From NCBI RefSeq assembly GCF_009914755.1, contig NC_060927.1: a stretch of DNA of 64,000 bases; one strand, written 5' to 3'. Below the pieces are notes generated by a model that did not search any database, was not told the origin of the DNA, and was given only the letters and a program-made list of their open reading frames with translations. Below, one piece after another: positions 52,258 to 64,000 of this stretch. Position 1 is the first letter of the stretch; every line of letters begins with the position of its first letter. Made by a program: the position numbers and the translations under genes. The stretch is from the human T2T-CHM13v2.0 reference genome, Homo sapiens.

Positions 52258-55200
52258 TATCATGCAGAGATTTTAAGCTAAGCCACCTGAGTGGTGAATG
52301 GAGAAATTGACAAAGATTAAAAAATTTGAAGTGCTGGTTAAAAATGACTCCAGGTGTGTAAGATCAATATCTTTTAAAAAATAAATGTTTTTTTAAAAAC
52401 ACAGATAATCTGAAGATAGAATATCTGCAGCTAAATCTACCTCTCTATTATGTATTTCTTAAACCGTGGTTATCCTAAAACTGAATCCTAAAATTAAATT
52501 CAGTAACTTTGTACAAGAGGTGCAAAGAAGGGGAAAATGGGACAAATCTGGAACACATTTCTCTTCGATGTCTAAATTCACATCCTGAATTTAAAGTCAG
52601 AAAGTAACCATCCAGAGTGCATGTGTGCTGGGCTGAATGTGCGAGAATTTAGCTGTATCTTTCAGCAAAGAGTTAATGGTATCCATTATGACTTTAATAT
52701 CTAAACCTCTTTTATTTCCAGAATTATTGGAAAATAAGGTAAAATAATAAATATAATTGAGAAAAAGGCAGGCTATAGTACATTTTATGATATTTAAAGG
52801 AAATATTAAATCTAATTTTAATTTTATTCAGTGGAAAAATGCTAATATTAAAATGAATATCTTTCAGAATCCAAGTTACAGAACAGTAGTTTATGTAACA
52901 ATGCTCAGTTTAGGTTAGAAACAATCTTGCTATATTTTGGGAAAAAAATCTTGTCATCTTTTGTTGGCGTTAAAATGCGGGAGCCTCTGGTAAAGATTCC
53001 CTTGCTTGGACAATAATGAAAAGGTTCCCATTCTCTAGTGTACGGGTAGAAAAAAAAAAGTAAGTATTTTGCAGCCCAAGGGCATAGGGCATGGCACAAT
53101 AAGCACACAGCATTTGAGATGGATCAAAGAGGGTATTATTCAAGTTCTGAATCTGGGAAAAAAAGAAAAAGAAAAGCAGAAAATATGCCTTCATTGTAAA
53201 CATAAGATCGTAAGCCTGGATCCCTATGAAATCAGGACTGGTTTGGAAAGGCATATTTTAAAAAGAAAATGGAAAAAATCCTTTTGCATAGAGTTAGAGC
53301 ATGGTCAGGGTGTCAGATGTCTCTTCTTAATGGCAACTGGCTATAGGGCATTGGAAAAACCACAATTATTGTTAAACCTGGCTTCTTGGTCGGTTGATTA
53401 GCAATCCCACCTCCCTAGAATGAAGAGGAGGAGTAGATAAGTAACTTTAAGTACTGGCGGATGTGTACAGATGATGAGAAATAGCTGTTAGCCAACCAGC
53501 CAGCCAGGAAAGAAAGAATGTTCACTCTCTCTGCAGTAACAAGCAGGTTTGGATTAAAATAATAAGGCATTACTTCAGCAAATACCAACATATCATTATC
53601 TGGAAATAGTTTAGCAAACTACTGAATAAAAGTCTGTTTCTTCATGTATTAATTCATTCATTTATTTGACACATCCTAATAGTGAGTTGATGTGAGACTC
53701 TGATATTGTACCGCCTTTCTCTGCCCTAGGAGTTGAAATCATTCAGCAGGCTTAGCAAAGAAACGTAAAGTGGGACTGTGAGTTATAAACATGAATTGTC
53801 ACTAGCTTGCAGGGAAACATTGGAGAAGTCACTTAACTTCAGTAGAATCCTATAATGTCCTCATCTGTAAATGAGGCTACCCATAAGTTTTCACTGAGCA
53901 CTTGGCAAATAGACCTTGGGAAGGAAATGATAGATTTCGTTCCTTTGTCACAGCTGAGCTGTCACACACCCTTGCTTGCTTCTGTGCATTAGCCTGTTTA
54001 AGTACATCAAGGAAGGGTCTCAAGCCTTACCTGTTAATGCATTTATCTGGCATTAGGGGCTACCTGAGTGTAATGAATGGTGTCTAAAGAAGGTTGCCTC
54101 ATTGTGAGGTAAGTTAGAGCACAATTCTTACCAAATGTCATAGTAGTAAAGTCATTAAATTTGTAAAACAATAGAAAATCATCAAAGAAAGGAAAAGTAG
54201 AAGCTGGAAATGATAAATCAAGAAAAGATTCATACTGTCACATTAAGAATATCTTATCAATATGCGATCTAGATCATTTAAATCATTTTAATTTACATAG
54301 TATACTAACTAGAAATAAATCACAAGGGTAGATTTCTCATTTAACGAATTTCAAAAACATAAGTAATATGTACTAAAAAGTCATCCAATAAGTCCTCTAC
54401 ATTGGGATGTCTAATTTTTTGTGAGGAAAACATAACCAACACATTAGAATGATCCATCTCCTCATATATTATGCTAAATTGCTGGAGGATCCATTGCTGT
54501 CACGATAACAATACAATGAAAAATGTGTTAATCAAATATCTAGTTAAATAGATTGTGGAAAATACATTTTTTATTCTGCTTGCTGAAAGGACAAAGAAAA
54601 ATGCATTATAGCATTGCGCCTTTCAGATGAGTATTACTTGATTAGCCTACAGGGAAAGATGTCACAACATGTTTACAGGATTATTGTAATTCTAATTAAA
54701 CCCATACTTTCAAAGTAAGAATTGCAATGGGAATATATAGCTTGAAATTACTAAGAAGAGAATTTTTAAATGTGTCAATACCAGGTACTGCTTTTAATAG
54801 TATTTATTATATCAAAATTTAAAAGAAAGATGATTTATAAAACAGGCTGTTTTGAGCTCTAAGAATCATAGCAATAAAAACAAATATTTTCTTATTTATT
54901 TATCTCCCCACCCCCGCACATGAAATCAGGCAAGCAAGTACTTGAGAGCCATAGCTGGTAGCTGCAGAAGATCCCCTGATATTTGTGAATGTATTGTGAG
55001 TCAAGGTCAAAAGAGTCACTTTTATTTTGGGGTAAAATGTGGAGAGGAAATGAGTGGAAAATGAATGAAAGCAAAATGTCTATTGGAAAGATCTCATCCA
55101 CATTCTCATCATTCACAAAAAGAAAAAGACACGAAGGAGAAAGAAGATGAGAAAGGTAAGCTCTCCTAGAGTTTTAAAAGTCTTTGTTGAAAACACCAAC

Positions 55201-55299
55201 CAAATAAGCAAATAGTGACCTGGGAACATGGCCTGGTTGAATTCACTACACCAAGAAATGGTTTCCCAAGCACTTTCTTCCATGGAATGTAGGGAAATA

Positions 55300-55510
55300 G
55301 TCTACGCCAGGCATGTCCTAAATGCTTTATGTGGATTAATCTGCACAACAATTCTATGACGTAGATACAATTATTATCCCCACTTTATAGATGAGGAATT
55401 AAGGCAGAGAATGCTTATGTAATTTAATCAAGAACAACCAGCTAATAAGTAGCAGAGCTGGGATTTGCACTGGGTGCCCACAGCCTCAGCTTCTAACTAC
55501 TATGCCTCAC
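55300..55510 (-). mobile_element. MIR
   Basis: attattatccccactttatagatgaggaattaaggcagaga...agcagagctgggatttg. Confidence 0.8.
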
Positions 55511-55911
55511 TGATAACCCCAACAAGCGTTACTGACTGAGAGTCAACTCATCACTGGTTGCCTACAATTGATGCATTTGTGTGCAACATTGGCCTTGCAA
55601 AATCATTTTTAAATGAGTCATTAATTTAAAAGATAATGTAATGGAAAGAATACTGTATTCATTTGCTAACATCACAATTATGCTAATCACAAAATACCAC
55701 AGATTGGATGGCTTAAACAACAGAAATTTATTTTCTCACAGTTCAGCAAGCTAGCGAGCAAAAAATCAAGGTTGAATTTCTTTGCGGCTTTTCTCCTTGG
55801 CTTGCAGATAGCTGCCTTCTCACTGTGTCCTCACATGGTCTTCCTTCTGTGCTCCTGCATCCCTGGTTTCACTTTTGTGGGTCTGAATTTCCTCTTCTTA
55901 AAAGGACATCA

Positions 55912-56230
<319 letters not shown>

Positions 56231-56370
56231 TTAAGGACCACTCTAATGGCCTCATTTTTGATTAATCACCTCTTCAAAGGCTCTATCTCCAAACACAGTC
56301 ACACTTAAAAGTGCTAGAGGTTAGGGCTTCAACAAAAGAAATTGCAAGGCACACACTTCATCCTATAACA

Positions 56371-56727
56371 TAGAAGCCCCCAACCCCAGAGCACCAGACT
56401 GATACCAGTAAGTGGCCTGTTAGAACCTGGCCACGCAGCAGGAGGTGAGCAGCAGGAGGTGCGCAGCAGGCCCACAAGCATTACCTCCAGAGCTCTGCCT
56501 CCTGCCAGATCAGTGGCGGCATTGGATTCTCATAGGAGTGTGAACCCTATTGTGAATTGCGCATGCAAGGGATCTAGGTTGCACACTCCTTATGACAATA
56601 TAATGCCTGATGATCTGATGATCTGAGGTGGAACAGTTTCATCCTGAAACCATCTGCTCCCAACCCACTGTGGAAAAACTGTCTTCCATGAAATCTGTCC
56701 CTAGCGCCAAAATGTCGGGGACCGCTG
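56371..56727 (+). mobile_element. MER1B (hAT-Charlie)
   Basis: gcagcaggaggtgagc...ggattctcataggag...aatgcctgatgatctg...ggggaccgctg; 8-bp TSD ctataaca/ctattaca. Confidence 0.9.
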
Positions 56728-56989
56728 CTATTACAAATACTAATATCGGTGTTGTTATTGGAGTTCTTACTTGGGTTTTGCTGCCGTATGACTTAGACTA
56801 AGTCATTTCCTCTCTTTTGAAGGGTACCTGCTGCCTAAACACTGATGCTGTCTGGCTCTTGACTGAGTTTACATCTTCAGCTTCCCTAATTCTGTGAATT
56901 ATGCTATCATCTTCGTATGTACATACACATAGATAAGGCTTTTTTGCCTAAGGTAGCTAGAGATTTTGTTGCATAAAACTCACAACTTC

Positions 56990-57175
56990 TAATTAGAACG
57001 CTGACTTTTGCTTATAGCTTTGCTGGGGTTTTGATATACTCTGGTCTATCCAGTCTGTAAAATGGAGTAAATAATGCCTATGTCATAGGAATGCCGGAAG
57101 AACTGAATGACATATTGTACGTAAATGGCTGAGTGCAATGTCTGAAAAGCAGGAGGTACTTTGCAAATGTTCATT
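56990..57175 (+). mobile_element. MIR
   Basis: tctgtaaaatggagtaaataatgccta...tcatagga...gtacgtaaatggctgag. Confidence 0.7.
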
Positions 57176-60100
57176 TTCTGTTTCTTACTCACCAGCTCTA
57201 CCAGCTTTCATGCTTACTCTTTCATTACCTTTGAACTTCCCCTCTATGTCAGCATTTGTCTCACATACTCTTGGCCAAGCATCATAAAAGCTACTTTTCA
57301 TCTTCTATATGATAGAGATTTTCAAAACCTCCAATGCGAGTGCAGACACTTCCTCACGAGCTCAAAAACAGGGAGATTCATGATTCAACTTGGCTTTCAA
57401 AAATGTTCAAGTTTTAGAATTTAACAGAATTGTTTATTGTAGCCAATGTTTTCCTAGAACACTGACTTTGGCTTAGAAAACTTCTTCAGAACTGAGCAGA
57501 GGAGGCAAGGCCCTGGGGCTGCTCTGGACCACACAAAGTTGGACAATTAGCAGAGCATCAGCCCAGCCTGCTAGCCTGACTGCTGACAACCAACAGCAAC
57601 TGTGAGGATTATGTTTTTGTGTTGATGATTTGTGTTGATTCAGGTTACATTTGAGACTTAATTATCTACTTAATCATTTGGACATATTTCATAAAATAAT
57701 AGTCACATGATACTATTTCATCATAAAAATAATGATTATACATAATATTATGTATTTATTTCCATCACTTATCCTCATTCTCTCCTACTAAACGTTAGAA
57801 ATATTGCATAAATTCCAAAGGAGTAATGACATTGAGACAAGAAAAATTGATGAGTGTTATTTTCAGATATAGAGGAGGCAATGTAGGTTGAATCTCTTTG
57901 GTTTAAAAGCAAGTGATAAGAATCTGTTGTTTATGTCATGTGCTGGTGAATAATATTGACATCTGCCTGTCATCTTTAGCTGTAAACTACCTTTAGATGA
58001 AGTTGCAGTTAGTGATAATTAGACAATGTCATGGGTTCCCCAAGCCCCCCAAATTAAAGGGCATTTATTCAAGAGAAGCTCACGGAACCATAGCTGAGGC
58101 AGAGTTTTTCAAGAAAGATGGTTTCCAGCATCACTCAGGAGTAGCATCATCATGAGCTGTGAGTCCCCAGTCCTGACTCCCAGCAATGGTCCAAATTCAC
58201 TTGATTCCAGAAACCCAGATTCAAAGACACACAGGGTGCAAGTCTTTGGAAGCAACACTTAGGCAGAATTTTGAGCAAAAGTCTAGATAAGTCTCTTATC
58301 AAAGTTGGAATGGATTCCTACAGGTGGCTTGTCAAAAGCCACAGTAGGACCCAACCATAGCTCCCAGGACATTAGAGGTGACTTCAGAGTGGTGCTCCTA
58401 ATGTGTTGTTTATAGATCATAGGAACTGTAACAAAGGCAAGAGACTCAGGTTGCTTCTAGGCAGGGTGACAATAGGTGATTTAATATCTTCCGATGTCCC
58501 GTAAAGCAATAGTATTGATATCAGCCAGGGTGAGGGGAAGGAGGACAAAGTGGGTAGAATAGAGTGATGGCAGGCCAACAATGGGGAAAACTGTGGCGGT
58601 GAATTCAAGGAGAGTGAGCCCTGATGATTTCCAGGGGAGTTTTGGGACTGAGCAAGCAGCAAGGAATAGATAAGATGCCTTCACAAGAGTGTGAAATAAA
58701 TGGGGGGCCTTAGGGTGTACATGGTTATTTTAACATCTCCAGCCCAACTTTGGAACCAGTCAGGAGGACTATACAGCAGTGTTCACAACGTTCACAACAG
58801 CAGCAGTGGCACAGGGAGAAGCCCTGTGTGTCTGCAACCTAAGAGGCAACCAGCAGGAGAAAGTCTTTAGCAAGAGACAAACCCTGGAGATGTTGAGGTT
58901 CACCAGGAGCTTCAAATTTGAGCTGACCTGGACTTAGGAAGGAGGCTAGATGGAAACTTAGGTACTTACATTTTCTGAGAATGGAACCCTTTCAAAGACT
59001 TCAAAGACCTGCATTTCTTTCTTTCTTTCTTTATAAAGTTCTAGAAATAAAAAAAAAAATGAAAAAAAAAATACTTGGGGGAAAACACCTTCTTATATCC
59101 CACCAAGTGCCTGGGACAGGAGGGGTTGTGTGTATATATGGCGGGGGAGCCAACTGAGTGTGGAGGCTGATTTTTTACATTAAATTTCACTATTTCAGTA
59201 TAGTTTTTCCCACATGCAAGATTTTTAATTTGAAATAATAACAGACTGCTCTTCCGGGCACATACACTGTTTTATATAACTCAGTGAAAGGTGAGCTTTT
59301 GAAATGCTAGAGGAGAGCCATTAAGTAATAGAAGATATTTGGTTATTATAGAAACTATATTATGCATTAGCAAGTTTTCAAAAAGCTTTTTATATTATAC
59401 CATAAGACTAATCTAGGAAAGTCTAAGCTTTTGTCCTCATAAAAGCAGTGCTGCCAAAATTCATATAATACATGATTTGTGATCCAGCAGATTTACATAG
59501 AATCTAAAATAACAGGGTTTCTTGAAATACTATTGAGTCTCTGTATAGTATTATGGAGATATGCATATTAATTGTAAAAAATTTAATTCAGATGAATAGA
59601 ACTGACTTAATTTGCATTTTCTTATAGTATTAAGTGGCATAAAATCATAGGGTTCCTTTTTGTTTAAAAAATTGCAGTTTATTTTTTAAAGTGTTTGGAA
59701 GCATGAAGATACTATCATGTACTTGATCCAGTCTTAAATTTTCAACTTTGTTCAAATGAATCCTGCCTAAATAACCATCTGATGACATTTTTATCCAGTT
59801 ATAGGAAGCCCTCACATGAATGCATTTGAATGCTTTTGTGACTGTGTGAAATGAATCACTGATGATTCATGAAAGAGACAGTCCTATCATTAGCCTTGAT
59901 AAGATGGTAATTTGATTATCTGATAGTCCTGTTGCTCATTCCATTTTTTAAACATGAATATTTAAAATATTGGAAGGGCAAAATAATTCCAAAGAAAGAA
60001 TTGGTGGTCAATAATTCAAAGTAATATATTACTCACAATTCCTGTTAACTCTAGCTCCAGAATATCAAATTAGGCTTTTTTTAAAATTGTTAACATAGAA

Positions 60101-60757
60101 AAGTAACAAAAATATTTTTGAATAAAAATATTTAAGTTAGATTTGTGTCAATTTTATCTTCAACTATCAGCTCAGGTACATGAATTCAGAATGTTTATTT
60201 TTTGAAAATTTTAAATTATTGGGTAAAAGTGGTTTCAATCTATGTTTCCAGAAATAACGTAGCATGTTTAGAATCATCCATAATAGGTATAATGTTGCTA
60301 TTTTTTAAAAATTCAAAATTATAGTGATGAAGTTCTTTAGCTTATCAGTAGCCTTTTTTGTCTGCTATCATCTTTTAACAGGTATTTGGCTGGTTTTTAC
60401 TCTGAGTATGTAGGAAAATAATAGAATAAATTATGATTGATTCAGATCATTTCTGTATTTCAGCTTTTGGATATGGCAAACATATTGGTTTCTTTTCTTT
60501 AGACTTGAAAGTAGACGATAACTCACAGTTTTAGCGCTCACAGTCACTCCCTGCCTGTCAAGCACTGGGGTGATATCTGTGATGTACTGCATTACGTCCC
60601 TCCAGTGTTTTTGCCTTTATTTTGAAGTTTTTGGCACTTCTATTCCAAAGACTCCAACTACACAGACACTCTGCTTGAATTGACACAAAGCCTGAAGCAC
60701 TAGTTTATCTCACACTGGATTTGTCAAACAAAGGTGATTCACTTTAAATAAAAGTAA

Positions 60758-61083
60758 TATATATGTATCTATACATATGTGCATGTATACATATGTGTAT
60801 ATATGTATACATGTGTATATGTATCTATAAGCATGTATATGTACATATTTACATATACAGACGTGCATATGTATATTTATATGTATGTTTATATGTACAT
60901 ATACATATAGGTATATATGTATGTGTGTATATGTATCTATATGGACATGTATATATGTGTGTGTGTATGTATATGTACATGCATATATACCTGCATATGT
61001 TTGTATGTGTGTGTAAATATATATACACATACATACATAAATACATATATAAACATATACGTGTATATATAAGTGTACCTACA

Positions 61084-61114
<31 letters not shown>

Positions 61115-61115
61115 A
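60758..61115. repeat. Degenerate (TA/TG/CA)n alternating purine-pyrimidine tract ending in (CA)n
   Basis: Read directly; it accounts for the overlapping Y/I/H/C/V/M-rich ORFs. Confidence 0.95.
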
Positions 61116-61873
61116 TATCCCCAAACTGAGAGAACAAATTAGTACTATGAAACGAGGAGCAGTTTCTCATCAAATAGTTATTGTTCACAAAATGTCTATA
61201 CCATCATTTCTACTTTCCCTAACAGACCTTTAAAAAGTACACACTTCAATTTTAAGGGGGAAACAAGGCTCAAGAAGAATCATGCAGAGGTTGGTAGAGG
61301 GAGAGAATGAATAGTGAAGACATGATTCATCTCACACGAATACATGATGCTCTTCCGCTGACACTCCAACAGAAACCATAGGGCTAAAAGGTAACTTTTT
61401 GTCCACTACCACACCACATAAATTGGACGAAAGGGAAAATTTCCCCACACATTTAAAAGCTTCTAGTAGGTCAATTCATAAGAAAAATAATACCACCTAA
61501 CACATATATAGTGAAGAGCTAATCTAACTTTGAATAAGTCTGTGTCGACTGGATACTATAAAGCTAAAGACTAAAATAACTATGCATAAATACTGTACTC
61601 TAGAAAGAAAATCTATTTTTACGGGGTTATGATTCAGCAAGTCTGCAGCTACTTTAGGTTTAGCATTTTTTAACTGCGTTGTACTTTCCGTACTAGACTT
61701 GAACAAATAAGTGACTATATACGATACGATGAGAGCCATATTCTTTGCTCAGAGATGTCACATACAAAAGGAAAAGGAGACAGCTAGGATGAACTTTGTG
61801 GTGCTGGATTAGAATCAGAGCTATCAGTTTAATTTTTAATATGTAAACAGATAGACATCAAAATAAACATCAG

Positions 61874-62208
<335 letters not shown>

Positions 62209-62223
62209 TCAATGCGTGTTTGC

Positions 62224-62229
<6 letters not shown>

Positions 62230-62261
<32 letters not shown>
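62230..62261. repeat. (GT)n microsatellite
   Basis: Read directly. Confidence 0.95.
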
Positions 62262-62263
<2 letters not shown>

Positions 62264-63369
62264 CCGGGGGATGTGTTGGCTGAGAGAACACAAAAGCAAC
62301 TCAACCCAGTAGCAGTGAACATATCCAATACCCAGATCTTGGTGTCTACACATTATTCTTTAATAAAAGGAACCAGGGTTTCTTGGAGAAGTGGTTAATT
62401 CTGGAGTTGGAGCAGGCAAATACAGTAAGCCTGCAACATAATGGTGGAAAATAAGGACGTTCTCAAAAAAAAGAATCAAGATAAGTAAAAAGGACAGAAG
62501 AGCCAACCTGAGGGAGTGCACAGTGGCCAAAGCCAAGATCATTTGAGCGGCAAAATGAATACTACTGCTGGATTATGCCCATAGAATAAAATACCCATGA
62601 GTCTAACATAAATTAAAAGCTGAATAAATATGTAAATGCAGAATAATTAACTCTTCCTTATAAAAATATTCTAATCAATACATATAGAAGAACTGACGAA
62701 AATTCAAAATCACCATTGGACATAAGCCACAGTAACTATTGCAGGCAAAATATACTAATCAATGATAAAATCAGTAGCCCACAGTCTGAAGAGAAACAGG
62801 ATACAGGCATAGTTTTGACATACCACCCCAAGATAAATATCCACTACAAACTGAATAACATTAGCATTACAGGGATGAAATCTAGCCTGTATCACCCTAG
62901 CCATGCAATCAAGGTTAAGATCTCCAATTAACCTTGAAATAGCAATATCAGGTACTCTTTGATATGATGCATACAGAACACAATATCACCTCTGTGATAT
63001 TGTTATCAACAATACACAAACTCAATATAATCATCAGAAAATATCATGTAAATCCAACTTAAGATAAACCCAGATTAAGAGTTCATCCTTGGAATAACTG
63101 ACCACCTTTTTTCAAAAGTACATAGATCATGAAGGACAAGGAAGGACTGAGGAATTGTGTCAAGTTGGAGGGAGACTGCAGAGGCACAAGAACAGAAGCA
63201 ATATATGATCCTGAATTCATTCCTGGAATAGAAAAGAGATGTTTGAGAAAAACAAAAAACAAAAAAAACCCACAAAGCTGGTGAACTTCTAATAAGGCCT
63301 GTAGCTTACACAAAAGTGATATGGTAATTTTAACTTCTTGGTCTGGATAATTATAGTATGGTATGTAGG

Positions 63370-63651
63370 TTTTTATTTATTTATTTAATAGAGACAGAGT
63401 CCTCTCTATCACCTAGGCTGAGTTCAGTGGCGTGATTATAGCTCACTGCAGCTTTAAACTCCCGGACTTAGGCCATCCTCCCACCTCAGCCTCCCGAGCA
63501 GCCAGGACTGTAGGCATGTACCACCATGCCTGGCTAATTTTTTATTTTATTTTATTTTGTAGAGATGGTCTCGAACTCTTGGGCTCAAGTTATCCTCCTG
63601 CCTCAGCCTCCCAAAGTGTTGGGAATACAGGCATGAGCCACTGCACTAGCC
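63370..63651 (-). mobile_element. AluJ with a short internal deletion
   Basis: gctcactgcagctttaaactcc, gggctcaag; gagatgg joins directly to tctcgaact. Confidence 0.9.
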
Positions 63652-63769
63652 TGGTTAGTTAAGTTTTTAAAAGCTGACGTAGGGTTAGGTGAACTCCATG
63701 TACTATTTTTGCAATTTTTCTATAAGTTTAAAATTATTTCCAAACTAAACATTAAAACAAATTGTTTTA

Positions 63770-63930
63770 GTCCTATGACAACACCATGAAATACATAGCA
63801 TCACTCTCTTTTACCAGAGGAGAAAACTGAAGAATAGAGAGGTTAATAAACTTGCCCAAGAGCACCAAGTTAGAACATTCCAGAGCCGACAGTCTGGCTT
63901 CAGAGCTCAAGACCTTGACCGCTGTGATTT
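63770..63930 (-). mobile_element. MIR
   Basis: gagaaaactgaag...gaggttaataaacttgcccaag...agtctggcttcagagc. Confidence 0.75.
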
Positions 63931-63969
63931 GATGTGGTCTGAAGCTCAGCTAATTCAGAAATATTTACA

Positions 63970-63974
<5 letters not shown>

Positions 63975-64000
<26 letters not shown>
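63975..64000. repeat. Poly-T running off the window end (probable tail of a minus-strand retroelement)
   Basis: Terminal T run. Confidence 0.8.

Noticed and set aside
60710-61233. Four overlapping ORFs up to 156 aa
   Set aside because: Low-complexity translation of the RY microsatellite.

Overview
AT-rich primate genomic DNA, very probably human: the window holds AluJ/S/Y, a near-consensus Ya-lineage AluY, L1PA/L1PB/L1M, THE1/MLT MaLRs, L2, MIR, CR1 and MER DNA transposons. It reads as a gene desert or a large intron. I find no intact protein-coding gene, tRNA/rRNA, CpG island or CRISPR array. Most listed ORFs are chance frames in repeats or microsatellites. Well-supported structures include a complete LTR-int-LTR THE1 element with a 5-bp TSD, several solo LTRs with TSDs, nested insertions, local tandem amplifications and a perfect hairpin inside an LTR. 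The most interesting non-repeat signal is a protein-like, helix-patterned frame at 14809-15186 behind a good splice acceptor, broken by three in-frame stops. It may be a decayed exon of a lost gene, possibly with upstream exon-like segments at 1620-1655 and 1999-2092. That is inference and needs comparative genomics. Several repeat-free, motif-rich blocks look like conserved enhancers. Repeat subfamilies were assigned by eye from remembered consensus sequences, and boundaries of old elements are approximate.
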